DNA from: Felis catus
Taxonomy: Eukaryota
Length of the DNA stretch: 64,000 nt
NCBI RefSeq assembly: GCF_018350175.1
Contig: NC_058373.1
Location: forward strand, 112,656,001 to 112,720,000
Direction of reading: 5' to 3'
A program made the position numbers and the translations under genes. Below, one piece after another: positions 1-13,318 of this stretch (its first letter is position 1; each line of letters begins with the position of its first letter). The notes beneath the pieces are model-generated. The model was not told where the DNA came from. It saw only the letters and a program-made list of their open reading frames with translations, and did no database searches.

Positions 1-88
1 GATCTCATGGTTCGTGGGTCCAAGCTCCACATAGGGCTTCGCGCTGTCTCTCTCTCAAAATAAATAAATAAACGTTAAAAAAAAAAAA
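1..88 (+). mobile_element. CanSINE 3' part (cut by window edge, internally shortened)
   Basis: gatctcatggttcgtggg...(CT)n-aaaataaataaa-poly(A). Confidence 0.8.
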
Positions 89-566
89 GAGTTTTAAAGA
101 TACTCTTTGTTATTTAAGACTATTTAATCAGCAGAGGGCACTGCAGTAATTCGTAGGAAATTTTGTTAAATCTATATAGTCAAATTACAGTCATATAGAT
201 ATTAATACATAGGTTATGCTCTGTTGATAAAAATATGTCTAGAAAAATAAAGAAAAGCACTATACTAAGTGGTTTTTCACAGTCACCATGAGTAAAAGGA
301 ATTTCTGCACATTTACATTTAGCTAATATGTGTCCTGTACATATTTAAACCACATGGCCCGTTAGCAATAACATTTTTTGATATTGTTTTTCCTGTGAAA
401 TTAAAATGGATCTGAATTTCATTGGCAAGTTCTCGGAGCTATAAAATTATTGTTTATAACACCCTTTTTTTGCAACTTGAACAGTCTATGAAGCACTTTC
501 TGACTTTAATGTGTCTTAAAAGTGTCTTTGATAAAAAGATCACAATAAGTGGTTTTCCCTAGGTGG

Positions 567-615
567 TTTCATAGTTTAGAAAGTATTTAGCAACTTTCAT
601 AGTTTAGAAAGTATT
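567..615. repeat. Short direct duplication, 21 bp x2 (period 28)
   Basis: tttcatagtttagaaagtatt at 567-587 and 595-615. Confidence 0.9.
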
Positions 616-1319
616 AAGAAGTTAAATATGAAATGTTTTATTTAAAGAGAGTGGCTAAATCCAATTAAACCTCATTATTTTGGACTCCACTAGTTCAGAA
701 AATGTTATATGTGAAGTAGGAATATAAACTTCTCCTGCTGCTCAAGGAAACAAAGATAATGTATAAGAAAGTTAGAAACAATTTAATTTAAAAATTTCAA
801 ACTTTTAATGGCATTCTTTTTTGCCACTCATTATGAATAGCCTATTGATAATGAATGCTTGTTACCTACTCATTAACAGGCACAGATAAAGCTACACTTA
901 TTAAAACCATTCTTCTGTTTCTATGATCTACTAATTTAGACACAATTTTCTCATTTCCTCTAAATTAAGTTTTATTCCATTGCTCTTTGCCACCTTCTTG
1001 TACCTTTTCATTTATGGTTTATAGATGTTTTTACCCGGCTCTTGCCCTGTTGTCCACCTTCCAACTCCCACTTCATTTGGCTGCTTGTTCCTTTTAGATC
1101 CAGTATTTCAGTATTCTCCCTGCCTCCCACTTGCCAGTGTTCTTACATTTAGGTTCTTGCTCTCCATTCTCTTTCCCCTCATCTTTGCTTCTCAACCACT
1201 GTTTCTAGGTTTCATTTCTGGATTTTTGTATGTTTCCTATTTTCTAACTGGTATAATCAATCAAAACTGCAAGGAAGTAAGGTGGATTAGAAAGAAGAGG
1301 CACAAAGAGAATTACCATA

Positions 1320-1600
1320 TATTGAATGCCTATTCTATGCTAGGTTATTGACTTGTATCATTTAGTTCTCCTAAGATGTAGGTATGTTTCATTATTATCT
1401 CCATTTTATTCATAAGTACACTGAAGCTCCAAGAGGTTAAATATTTTGTTCTAATTCACAGAGCAACTATGTGATAAAGCTGGGTTTCAAACCTATATTG
1501 GTTCATTTATTCATTCTTTTATTCAACAAATATTTATTGAGTACACATACTATATGTTGAGCACTGTCCTAGGTTCCGCAATACATCCAGCTCTTACTCT
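1320..1600. mobile_element. Degraded MIR plus L2 3' end
   Basis: ctccattttattcataagtacactgaagctccaagaggttaa is MIR-core-like; cattctttt attcaacaaatatttattgagt is an L2 tail. Confidence 0.6.
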
Positions 1601-4468
1601 CATGAACTGTAACTGTTGTGTCACTGTCTGACTTCACAGATGGTGATCTTTCTGCTATACTAAACAGCTTTAGAGGAAGAGAAAATACAAAGGAAATAGA
1701 AGGGCTCTAATGTTTTATGGAAAAGATAATATTTGATATAGATGTAAAAAAAGGACTGTTCTGTGTGTTATTTAGAAATATCTTGTGTGTATGTATGCAT
1801 ATATATGTGTGTATATATATATATACGCATCCTTCAAAGAATTCAGAAATTAATATTGTTATCATTCTTTTCATTGGCTTCATTTTTGTTCAACAAGAGA
1901 ATGATAAAAAAATGTATATATCCAATCAAAAATGCTGTTTTGTGTTTAGTCCTAGAAGGAGTGTGACACTTCTGCACTCACCACTGTAGACACCAGTGCC
2001 TTTTAGTGGCATCACCAAAGTATCTGTTTTTCTTTTGTATTCTAAAACAAGCAAAATTTGTGTCTGGAGGCCCAGATTATCTAGACGGCTTCACCATTAA
2101 TTGTCCTCCCTAAATTACATTTAGAAAAAGATGAAGACCTCTGTGTAAAGAATACGTTTATTCATCCATCCATTCATCATCCATATATTTATTAATACTC
2201 TGAAAAGATGTTTAGGATGGTTTGCCCAAATACATGAAACAAAAATAGACCTTTTAATAGAATAAATGTGGGAAAATAAGGAAAGGAAAAATAAGATGAA
2301 ATTAGGTTGTGTCCTCTACTAAAAAGGGTACACAGATTTGACTCTTCTCAAGGGTAACTGATTCATAAGCATCATAGTTAAACAAACACAAACTGGTAGC
2401 CCAGGGGAGTACCCATTCCTAAGTATGACACTTGAGAGAAAGTTTCTCATATAGCTCCTCCTAAAGAGGATCACAGTGCAAAAAGTGGTATACGATGGCC
2501 TTAAATACTTCCTAATATAAATCCGAGTTTCACTGAGCCATTTCATTGGATCCAGTTGCATATAGTAAAACAATTCTTAGAACAGTGAGAAGAGGCATTG
2601 TAGGTAGACCACTGTGGTCCAGCCAAATCCAGTGGTTTATTTTAGAGAATCTATAAAAATTAGTGAATTACATCTCTTGTAGATAGTTCTCATTTACAAT
2701 TTGTCAATCAGGTTTTTCATGTGGTAGGTGATGGTGAATTTACACACTCTTATTCACTACTGTAGTTTTATTTTATTTTATTTTGTTTGTTTTATTCACT
2801 ACTGTAACATCAATTCTAGAATACTACCTAGGGCATATTAGATGCTTAATAAATATTTGTTGCGTGGATGCATAAATGTTTTTGAGGTATCTGTTTAAGT
2901 GAAAGACTTCTCAGCTATTTTAATATTTTCTTCCTTTGTCCTTAAATAACGTATGCTACTATACTTTGGAGTACATCATCTTTATATGGATTCCAAATTC
3001 ATTAAGTGTTGAACACTGTTTATGTGACTTTTTCAAGCAGATGATGAAGTAAATGTTAGCCCTGTCCAAAGAATTCTTTTAAGATTGTTCTCAGTAATAT
3101 GACATACTTGATTTTTAAGACTCTAAGATTTGCAGTCTCTAAGTAAAGGTTACAAACATCAATAAAGCAGTTTATCACATGGAAATAGTGTTTCTTCTCG
3201 GGAGACCTCAGAATCATACTAGAAAGCTGAGTTTGGAAAACCAAGGAGAGATTCTGGATAATGCTAGTTTGGCATTATTTTAACTATATATTTAAATAAA
3301 AGTAATTAACTCCCAAACTTAGGAATTTAAGAATTTCCTTTTCTCCTGCCTGCTGGCCCTCTATTTTTAAGGCAGCTTTTATTGAAAGACATTATGGTAG
3401 TGTTAATTTTCCTTTAAAATTTCTGCCATTGTTAGATATCACGTTATGCTGGGATTCAGTGGACATATGCTGGGATACCTGATACAGTTCAATTATTTTG
3501 CCAAGTCCTTGACCTAAATTTTGCCGGAGCTACAATCTGATTTAGTACTGTCCCTCTACTTCTAATAAAATATTAAAAAATTAATCTTTCTCTATATTCC
3601 TCCATAACTTATCTTTTATTTCATTTGCCTTTCTTCTTCTGTACTGGAATAGTTTATTTTGCAAACTTTATTCCTGTATTGCTCCCAATTACTTTAAATT
3701 ACTTCATATGTAGAAACAGGATTAAGAATACATTTAGTCATTTATTTCACTCCCAACTTTGAGCGTTAAACATATCTTTACCATCACAATATGATAAATA
3801 CGTATCTACTTTGACCTTTAGAAATAGAAATTTTCCTGTCTAATTCACTTCAGGTTTAACTACACAGTCTTAAAAATGCCCTATCTTAAAACATCTATTG
3901 TATAGTTAAAACCTATCACTCCATTAATTGTTTTTAAAAATACTAAGATAATTTATATTGAAAATATGAAAGATGGTAAATTTAGTTTTTCTTCTACCCA
4001 AAACATGAGAAAGTTAACTTGGTACTTCCTGAGTTCCTTTCAATTGTGTCATAAAATCATAGAGCTAGGACAGAAACAAAATGATCTCAGGTTTTAGGGA
4101 TTAATTATTTCATGTGTAATAGACAAAGAAAAATACCCAGATTTCTTGCACTGTGAAAATCATTGAGCTATTATAACAATCTGAGATTTCATTTTGAAAT
4201 TTAGGTTTTTAGATGAGACTTGCATCAAATACCTCTGAATTATAAGAAATAAGAAAGGTCTGCTAATATATAAAAGTTCCCTGGATGTCCTGGTTGTCAG
4301 CTTTTATTCAGAGGTCCCAAAGAACTGAGTCTCAATAAATACAATGTTTGGGAAACTACAAAGTATGGTTTATAGAAAGCATGATTTATCATTATTTTTA
4401 AGTTAACTTTACTACTCTGCATTCCTTCTTTTTGGCTTATTTCACTCAGTTTGCTATTTAATCTTTAA

Positions 4469-4570
<102 letters not shown>

Positions 4571-6419
4571 TAAGAAAGTCACCAACATGTTGCAAAGAAA
4601 ATTAATTCCATACCACTAATCACTACAATAGTCTGATTAATTTGAGAAACTTTAGCCAATAACACTTAAATTTGCTCCCTTTTTCCCTCCAGAGTTAAGA
4701 GTCTTAGTATCCTGTCTAGATAAATCTTACCAGTTTCCTTCAAGTTTTTTTTTTCACATGTTATCTTTAAACTTTTAGAAAATATTAGATTATGCTAAAA
4801 GTTGTCAATCCTGACCCAGAGAAGAGTGCAGTTTATTAAGATGTAAAATTATTTTTGTATGTGATTATTTGTAATCATCAATTAATATTCATTAATTGTC
4901 ATTAAATGCTAATTTAATAACCGTAAACAGAATTTTTTTTTCAGTAAGTTATTCTCATATGTTAGAAATTTTTAAATAGACATATTTATGTGTGGTCATA
5001 AAAAGCTAAATTAATATTATTAGTGTTTTAAGTTAGTATATTTAAAACTGTGCCTTTGTTGACATAGATGTTGACATCCTTTCTCTCTGATGTTTTAGTT
5101 ATTTGTTATTGTTTTAGTAACTTAGATTAAAATCTTCTTTAATGAGGACAGCATACATCATTTAAGTTAAAGACAGAAGTATCAACTTAGTGAGAACCTG
5201 TTGACTTAATGACCATTGATTAATAGACAGTTGATCTCTGAGCAATCTAAAAATACACGACAACATTATAATTTAGGGATTCATAATCATCATGTATAGC
5301 CATTTATTCATCCTGTATACAATATGAATACAAAACTAAATATATCAATGTAACGGTAACACATGGAATATGAATCATAATGTCCTGTTACTTAGACAGG
5401 GTTTATATCCCATTAATGGCAGTTACTTGAAGCACAGCTACAGGGAAATGTGAATAGGTCATTAGTTACTATATTCTCTTTGCTGTGACATGTACTATAA
5501 CATTTAATTTCAGTAAGAGCAAAAAAGAATTATAGTAGCATGTAGAAATGGTAAATTTAAAAGTCCATGCTGATCTTTAAGGAATTTGCATTGATTCTTT
5601 TAAGCTGTTCTTTTTTTAACCATATCTACATTTCTGAGTTCAAGGGTCACATTTGATCCCTTTTCTCTGTGGAATTAAGCAGTGGCCTTTGAACATAAAA
5701 GAACATTTTGTTGGCATACAAGGAATATGGTCAAGAAAAAATTAAACTTCATCTCTTGTTGATTCTTTTATAATAAAAATCTAATTGAGCAGAAATAATA
5801 ATGCTCTATTTGCCAAGCCCTGTATTAACCATTAGGGATACTAAGGATAGAAAGAAAAATAAGGCATAATCCTCACCTTAAGGATCCCAGAGTTTACTTG
5901 GAGAACTTGTTCTTTGCAACTGTTAAGGTAACTCTTTAAGTTCAATATAGCTTTTTTTATCCAGTATAGAAATATCACTTTCCGTCTTATTGAAAGATTT
6001 TTCTGGATTAATTCCTCTTCTACCTTCTGAATCCACATAATTCCTGAGCACTGGACTATTGAGTGAGTAGAAATTTAATCAGCAGGAGGTGATTCTAAGT
6101 ACTTTGGAATAAGTCTATCGTCCTTATGCTGAAGGCTTTGAAAATTAAAATAATTACACAGGATGGTAACAGATTCTACTTGCTTTTCTTTCTGTTCATT
6201 GCTTATTTAATGGAGAGTTTATTTACAAGTTTAAAACAGAGATAGTAGTCTGTGTGTATCATGCATAAAAAATTGTGGAATATTTTCCTAACTGTTCATT
6301 TTTTGTGAGCAAGGCCTTTTTTCAAGGCCTTTTAAAAATATTACTGTCTTAAAGCAGCCATGATTATATTGATGTTTCCTTTCTTATATCATTGTTACCT
6401 TGTATGTGCTTTGGGCTTT

Positions 6420-7030
6420 GTACATGCTTCTGTTATAGCACATGCTATATTGTAATTATATACTTATTTGACTGTATTACCTAATTTGTATAAAATCCTT
6501 AAGAACAGGAGCTTTATCACATTCATTTTTACATCCTCAGACCCCAAAACAACTTCTGACACATAGTAAGTACTCAAAGAATGTTTATTATTATGATTAT
6601 TGTTGATTAATCAGTGTTTCATGCTCATTCTATATAATTTTTTTCAATGTAAAGTAATACAAGTTGTTGCCTTGCCTTCCTATTTTTTTATCTCTAGAAA
6701 ACAGCATTAAATAAAAATAATTTTCTAAATTTCTAAATCTGCTTAAAATGGTTTTTATCTATTTGATTAAATAAACTCAAGTTATACAACTTGTAACTTA
6801 TCACAACTTAGTTACAAGATAGTATCAAGTAATAGTTAAGAGCATCATCTCTGAAGCCAGACTGCTTGGGTTCAGTTCTGACTCTACTACTTACTAGCTA
6901 CTTAACATCTTTTTTGTTTTCATTTTCTCATGTGTATATGAACATGTTAATAGTAACAACCTTTTTGGATTGAATCCATATAAAGTGCTTAGAACAACAA
7001 CTGATTCATAATAAGTCTTATTTAAGTGTT
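6420..7030 (+). mobile_element. L2 3' fragment (about 6420-6600) and MIR (about 6830-7030)
   Basis: gacacatagtaagtactcaaagaatgtt (L2 end); gttaagagcatcatctctgaagccagactgcttgggttc...taaagtgcttagaaca (MIR). Confidence 0.6.
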
Positions 7031-7249
7031 GATCACTGCTGTGGTGTTTTATTGGTTGAGAGCATGACAACGCCTTCAGTAGCTTTTCTTCATAGTAGTT
7101 ATTTCATCTAGAAATATCTTCATTCTTGCAGGGTATTTTCACTAGATGTAGAATTCTGGATCAACAGTTATTTTCTTTCAGCACTATAAAAAAAACATTA
7201 TTCCACTGTCTTCTGGCTCTATGTTTCCTACCAAAACTTAAGTGATTCA

Positions 7250-7822
7250 GAGAAAGCAAGGCTAACAGGGAAAGCTATAGCTGTAAAAGCTTACATTTAA
7301 AAAAAAGGAAGATCTCAAAAACAACTACATAACATTACAACTTAACTAGAAAAAGAACAAATTAAATCCAAAGCTAGCAGAAGGAAGAAAATAATAAAGA
7401 TTAAGACAGAGATAAATAAAATAGAAAATGTAATGACAATATAGAAATCAACTAAACCAAATACTGACTCTTTGAAAAGATGGACAAAATTGAAAATTTT
7501 TAGCTTATATTGGCTAAGAAAAAAAAGAGACAAAACTCAAATTACTAAATTCAGAAACAAAAATGGGGACATTACTACCAATTCTATAGAAATAAGTACT
7601 ATAAGAGAGTACTATTAACCACTGTATGCCAGTAAATTGGATAACCTAGATGAAATGGACAAATTCCTATAAACACAAACCCTATGCAGATTGAATCAGA
7701 AAAAAATAGAAAATCCAAATAGATCTGTAACAAGTTAGATTGAATCAGTAATCAAGAACCTGTCTACATATAAAATGGCTGTATCAGATGTCTTCACTGG
7801 AGAATTCTACCAAACATTTAAA
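7250..7822 (+). mobile_element. Old L1 ORF2 fragment, sense
   Basis: aaattggataacctagatgaaatggacaaattcc and ttcactggagaattctaccaaacattta are ORF2 Z-region motifs. Confidence 0.85.
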
Positions 7823-8139
7823 TGTGTTTTTCTCCTTTATCTTACAACTGTGGTATATTACCTTGATTGCTTTTCATATGCTGAACCATCCTTGCATTCT
7901 AGGGATAAATTCCACTTGGTCACTGCTGAATTTGTTTTGCTAGTATTTGTTGAAGATCTTTACATCAATGTTCATAAGGGACACTGGCCTGTAGTTTGTC
8001 TTATCTTGTTCTTTGTCGGGCTTTGATATTAAGGCAATGCTGGCCTCATAGAATTAGTTAGGAAGTCCCTTTTCTTCTGTTTTTTGGAAGAGTTTAAGGA
8101 GGAATGGTGTCTGTTTTTCTTTAAATGTTTGGTGGAATT
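7823..8139 (-). mobile_element. L1 ORF2 fragment, inverted continuation of the preceding fragment
   Basis: Reverse complement reads aattccaccaaacatttaaag...ttctatgaggccagcattgcc...tacaggccagtgtcccttatgaacattgatg. Confidence 0.85.
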
Positions 8140-9501
8140 ATTTAAGCTAATTGTAGATTGGCATGCAACTGTAAGAAATACTGCTTAGAAATGCCATGCA
8201 CCTTTATCAGGTTTTCCCCAATGGGAACAATTTGTAAAACTAGCACAAAATTAAAATCAGCATATTAACATTGATGCAGTGAAGATAAAGAACAATTCCA
8301 TCACCACAAGGATTCTCCCGTTGTCTTTCTTTTGCCATACCTACCTATCTCCTACCCAGCCTTTCTGTCCAAATCTTTGACAACCACTAATCTGTCCTCC
8401 ATTTCTCTATTTTGCCATCTTGAGAATTTAACTAAGTAGAATCATGTAGTATGTAACCTTTTTGATTGTTTTTTTCCATTCAGCATAATTCCCTAGAGAC
8501 TCAAACAATTGTTACATGAATCAACAGTCCACTGGTTTTTATTGCTGAGTATTATTCCCTGGAATTGATGTATCATAGTTTGTTCTACCATTTTTTCTAT
8601 TGAAGGACATCTGGGTCATTTCCAGGTTTGGCTTTTATGAACAAAGTTACTCTGAATTTTGTTTACAGGTTTTATTAACAGAAATTTCTGTTTTTCTGGG
8701 ATAAATACCCAGAATACAGTTGCTGAGTCATATAGCAGTTATGTGTTTCCTTTTATGATAAACTGCCAAATTATTATCCACAATAACTGTACCATTTTAT
8801 ATCCCCACCAACAATGTATGAGTGATTTGTTACATTTACATTATGGTTCCCTTTTGGTAGTGTACATCCTATGTGTTTGGCAAATGTATACTGACATATA
8901 TTCATCTTTATGGTATCATACAGAGAATTTCACTGTCCTAAAAATCCTTTGTGCTCTGCCTATTCATCCCTCTTTCCTTTTCAGTACCTGGCAACCACTG
9001 ACCTTTTTCCTGTCTCCATTGTTTTGACTTTTCCAGTATGTCATCTAGCTGGAATCATATAGTATGTAGCCTCTCTAGATTAGCTTCTTTTGCTAAATAA
9101 TACGCATTTAAGCTTCCTTTGTGTCTTTTCATGACTTAATAGCTCATTTCTTTTTAACACTGAGTGATATTCCATTGTCTGGATGTACCATTTATTTATC
9201 CATTCACTTACTGAAGGTCATCTGGTTGCTTCCAAGTTTTGGCAGTTATGAACAAAGCTGCTGTAAACATCCATGTGCAGATTTTTGTGTGAAATTTTGG
9301 TGAATAAATTTATAGTGAATAAATTTTCAACTACTTTGGGTAAATATCAAAGGGCAGAATTGCTGGATTGTCTGAGAAACTGTGATGTCTTCCAAAGTGG
9401 CTACATCATTTTTCATTCCCACCAGCAATGAATGCAATTTCCTGTTGTTCTGTGTCCTCAACAGTATTTGGTGTTGTCAGAGTTCAGAATTTCAGCCATT
9501 C

Positions 9502-9619
9502 TTTTTTTTCCTTTTTAAGATTTTTTTTTAGGTAATCTCTGCACCCAATGTGGGACTCAAACCCACAACCCCGAGATCAAGAGTGGCGTGCGCCACTAAC
9601 TGAGCCAGCCAGGTTCCCC
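9502..9619 (-). mobile_element. Short CanSINE variant lacking the (CT)n tract
   Basis: tRNA-derived head (ctgagccagccagg; gagatcaagagt), poly(T), imperfect TSD ending gccattct on both sides. Confidence 0.8.
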
Positions 9620-11524
9620 AAGTTTTGGCCATTCTAATAGATGTGTAGTGTTATCTAATTATTGCTTTAATTTGCATTTCTCTGATGACATATGATGTTG
9701 AACATTTTTTCATATGAATATTTACCATCTGTATATCTTCTGTAATGAGTTGTCCGTTAAGGTCTTTGGCCCATTTTTTGGGTTGTTTGTTTTATTATTG
9801 TTGAGTTTAAAGGTTTCTTTGTACATTTTGATTAATATTTCTTTATCAGATGTGTCCTTTGCAAATATTTTTTCCATTCTCTGACTTGTCTTTTCTAGAC
9901 ATTGTTTTTCATAGTGCAGAATTTTTAATTTTAATGAAGTCCAGTTTACCAATTATTTCCTTTACGGATTGTACCCCTAGCATTGTATCTAAAAAGTAAT
10001 CATACTCAACTCATCTATGTTTTCTCCTGTGTTATCCTGTAGTTCTCTAGTTTTGTATTTTCCATTTTGTTCTATGATCCATTTTGAGTTAATTTTTGAG
10101 AAAGATGTAAAGTCTATGTGTGGATTTATTTTTTTCACATGTACATGTCCAGTTGTTCCATGTACATGTCCAGTCTATTTATTGAAAAGACTATCTTTGC
10201 TCCATTGTATTGCTTTTGCTCCTTTATCAAAGATCAATTTACTATATTTATGTGTTTCTACATTTCTGGGTTCTCTATTCTGTTCCATTCATCTATTTGC
10301 TGTTCCTTCACCAGTACCACACTAGCTATAACTTTATAGAAGGGAATCAGAGTCCATATGTATAAGTCTGCTAACTTTATTCTGCTTCAATATTGTGTTG
10401 ACTATTTGGGATCCTTTGTCTCTCCATAGAGAATGTAAAATCAGTCTGTAAATATCCATAAAACAACTTGCTGGGATTTTTATTTAGATTGCCATTGAAT
10501 CTATAGATCAAACTGGGAAGAACTGACATCCTGATGATATTTACTTTTCTTATGTATAAACATGGAATAGGAACTTTATTTAATTCTTCATTGATTTCAC
10601 TCAGTCTGATAGCTTTTGTTAGATGTATATAAGTTTTTCATTTGGGGGGCTGCTAATGTAACTGATATATTTTTCATTTCAGTTTCAGTTGTTTGTTGCT
10701 GATATATAGGAAAATGATTGACTTTTGTATTTTAACTTTGTATTCTGTAACCTTGCCATAATACTTCTTAGTTCCAGAAGTTTTTTTCTTGACTCTTTCA
10801 GATGTTTTACTTAGATGACCATGTCATATATAAAGAAAGGTAGTTTTGTTTCTTCCTTCCCAATTTGAATACCTTTATTTCCTTTTCTTGCCCTATTGCA
10901 GTAGCTAAAAATGTCAGGTATAGTGTTGAAAAGGAGTGGTGAGAGAGGATATCATACTTGATCTTACTAAGCAAGCTTTGAATTTTCACCATTGAGAAAT
11001 GTATTGGATGTATGTTTTTGTGGATATTTTTTATCAAATTGAGGATGTTTCCCTCATGCCCCTCTATTCCAGCTTACTGGGTTTTTATCGCTGTGGGTGT
11101 AGGATTTTGTCAAATGTTTGTTCTGCATCTATTGATATGCTCATGTGACTTTTCTATTTTTTGCCTGTTGATGTGATTGATGGATTATATTAATTGATTT
11201 TGAAATGGTGAACCTGCCTTGCATACTTGGGATTAATCCTACTTGGTCATGGTGTATATATTTTTTTAACATTGTTGGATTCAATTTGCTAATATTTTGT
11301 TGAGGATTTTTGCAGATATTGTGTATAGGTTTTTTCTTCTAATGTCTTTGCTTGGCTGGTATTAGACTAATACTAGCTAGCCTCATAGAATGAGTTTGGA
11401 AGTATTCCCTCAGTCTCTATCTTCTTTAAGAGATTGTAGAGAATTGGGGTAATTTCTTCCTTAAAGGTTTGGTAGAATGCACTATTGAATATATCCAAAC
11501 CTGGTGCCTCCTGTTTAGAAGATT

Positions 11525-11736
11525 TTTTTTTAATGTTCATTTATTTTTGACAGAGACGGAGACAGAACGCAAGTGGGTTGGGGGCAGAGAGAGAGAGGGA
11601 GACACAGAATCCAAAGAAGGCTCCAGGCTCCGAGCTGTCAGCACAGAGCCCAACACAGGGCTTGAACTCACAAACTGTGAGATCATGATCTGAGCCGAAG
11701 TCAGACGCTCAACCGACTGAGCCACCCAGGCACCCC
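11525..11736 (-). mobile_element. CanSINE (SINEC_Fc-type)
   Basis: Ends gactgagccacccaggcacccc; (GA)n tract; TSD tagaagatt. Confidence 0.95.
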
Positions 11737-11966
11737 TAGAAGATTATTAATTAGTGATTCAACTTCTTTAATAGAATAGGCCTATCTAGATTATCTATTT
11801 CTTCTTATGTGAATTTTAGCAGATTGCATCTTTAATATAATGGTTCATTTCATCCAGGTTATCAAATTTATGAGTGTGGAGTTGTTGTAAGTATTCTTTT
11901 ATTATCTTTTTAGTGTGCATAGAAACTGTAGTGATACCCTCTCTTTTATTTCTAATATTAATAATT

Positions 11967-11968
11967 TG

Positions 11969-11999
<31 letters not shown>

Positions 12000-12008
12000 T
12001 TTTTTTTT
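11967..12008. repeat. (TG)n-(T)n compound microsatellite
   Basis: TG repeats run directly into about 26 T. Confidence 0.9.
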
Positions 12009-12182
12009 GCTTAGCCTGGCTAGAGGCTTATTGGTTTTATTTATCATTTCAAAGAACTGGTTTTGGTTTTGGAGATTTTCTCTGTTGATTGCCAATTTTC
12101 AGTTTCACTGATTTCTGCTCTAATTTTTGTTATTTCTCTTCTTCTTACTCTGAATTATTTTGCTTTTATTCTATTTTCTTTT

Positions 12183-12397
12183 TCTTAATTTTTTTTTAAT
12201 GTTCATCTATTTTTGAGGAAGAGTGAGACAGAGTGTGAGTGGGGGAGGTTCAGAGAGAGAGGGAAACAGAATCTGAAGCAGGCTCCAGGCTCTGAGCTGT
12301 CAACATGAACCCCAACATGGGCCTCAAGCCATGAGGTTATGACCTGAGCCAAAGTCAGACGCTTTATCCACTGAGCCACCCAGGCGCCCCAGGCGCC
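12183..12397 (-). mobile_element. CanSINE (SINEC_Fc-type)
   Basis: ggctccaggctctgagctgtca...ctgagccacccaggcgcc, with a 9-bp duplication of ccaggcgcc at the head. Confidence 0.93.
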
Positions 12398-12700
12398 TTT
12401 ATTTTTCTATTTTTCTTAAGGTGTAAATTCAGATGATTGATTTAAGATCTTTATTTTTAGTGTTCAAGGCTATAAATTTCCTTCTAAACCCTGTTTTCTC
12501 TGCATTTCAAAGTTTGAAATTTCTCTCTCTCTCCCTATTTTTTTTTTACTTTTCATCTTTGTGTCTTATTTTATAACTAGAAATTTGTATTTCTTAATTC
12601 TCTTCAGCTATTTTGCCAATTCCCTTACTCCCTTTCATTTTTGTTTAGTTCAAAATATTTCAAAATTTCTCTTGGATATTTCTCCCTTGAAGTGTTATTT

Positions 12701-12731
12701 CTTTTCTTTTCTTTTCTTTTCTTTTCTTTTC

Positions 12732-12763
<32 letters not shown>
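12701..12763. repeat. (CTTTT)n pentanucleotide repeat
   Basis: About 10 copies of ctttt followed by a T run. Confidence 0.9.
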
Positions 12764-13273
12764 GACTCAAGCATTATTTCAAAGTGTGCTGTTTAATTCC
12801 ACTGTGGTCTGAGAGTAGACACTGTGGAATTTCTATCCTTTTTAAATTTGTTAAGGTGTGTTTCATGGCCCAGAAAGTGGTCTACCTTGGTGAATGTCTC
12901 ACATGAGCTTGAGAAGAATGTGTATTCTGTCATTGTTGGATGAAGTAGTCTATAGATGTCGATTATACCCAGTGTTTGATGGAGTTGTTGAGTTTAGGTA
13001 TGTCTTCACTGATTTTCTGCCTGTTGTATGTGTCCATTTCTGAAATAGGGGTGTTGAAGTCTGCAACTATGATAGTGGGCTTAATTTCTTCTCTTTGTAG
13101 TTTTTAGTCTTTGCCTCACATAGTTTGATGCTCTGTTGTTAGGTGACCGCTTGTTAAAAACATGTTTTTTTGGAGAATTGACCCCTTTATCATTATAAAT
13201 GTCCTTCTTTAGCACTGGCAACTGTCCTGGCTTTGAAGTCTGCTCTGTCTCAAACTAATATAGTTACTCCTGC

Positions 13274-13274
<1 letters not shown>

Positions 13275-13317
<43 letters not shown>
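13275..13317. repeat. (TTA)n microsatellite
   Basis: About 14 perfect units. Confidence 0.95.

Positions 13318-13318
<1 letters not shown>

Noticed and set aside
1025..2573. ORFs 1025..1351, 1717..1989 and 2319..2573
   Set aside because: Low-complexity or microsatellite-derived peptides with no recognisable domain or splice context.
6790..6818. 9-bp inverted repeat cttgtaact / agttacaag
   Set aside because: Short and AT-rich; compatible with chance in 64 kb.
11537..11725. Recurrent MAQSV... ORFs and tRNA-like A/B boxes (also near 23668, 31705, 60726)
   Set aside because: These are translations of tRNA-derived CanSINE heads, not genes or tRNAs.
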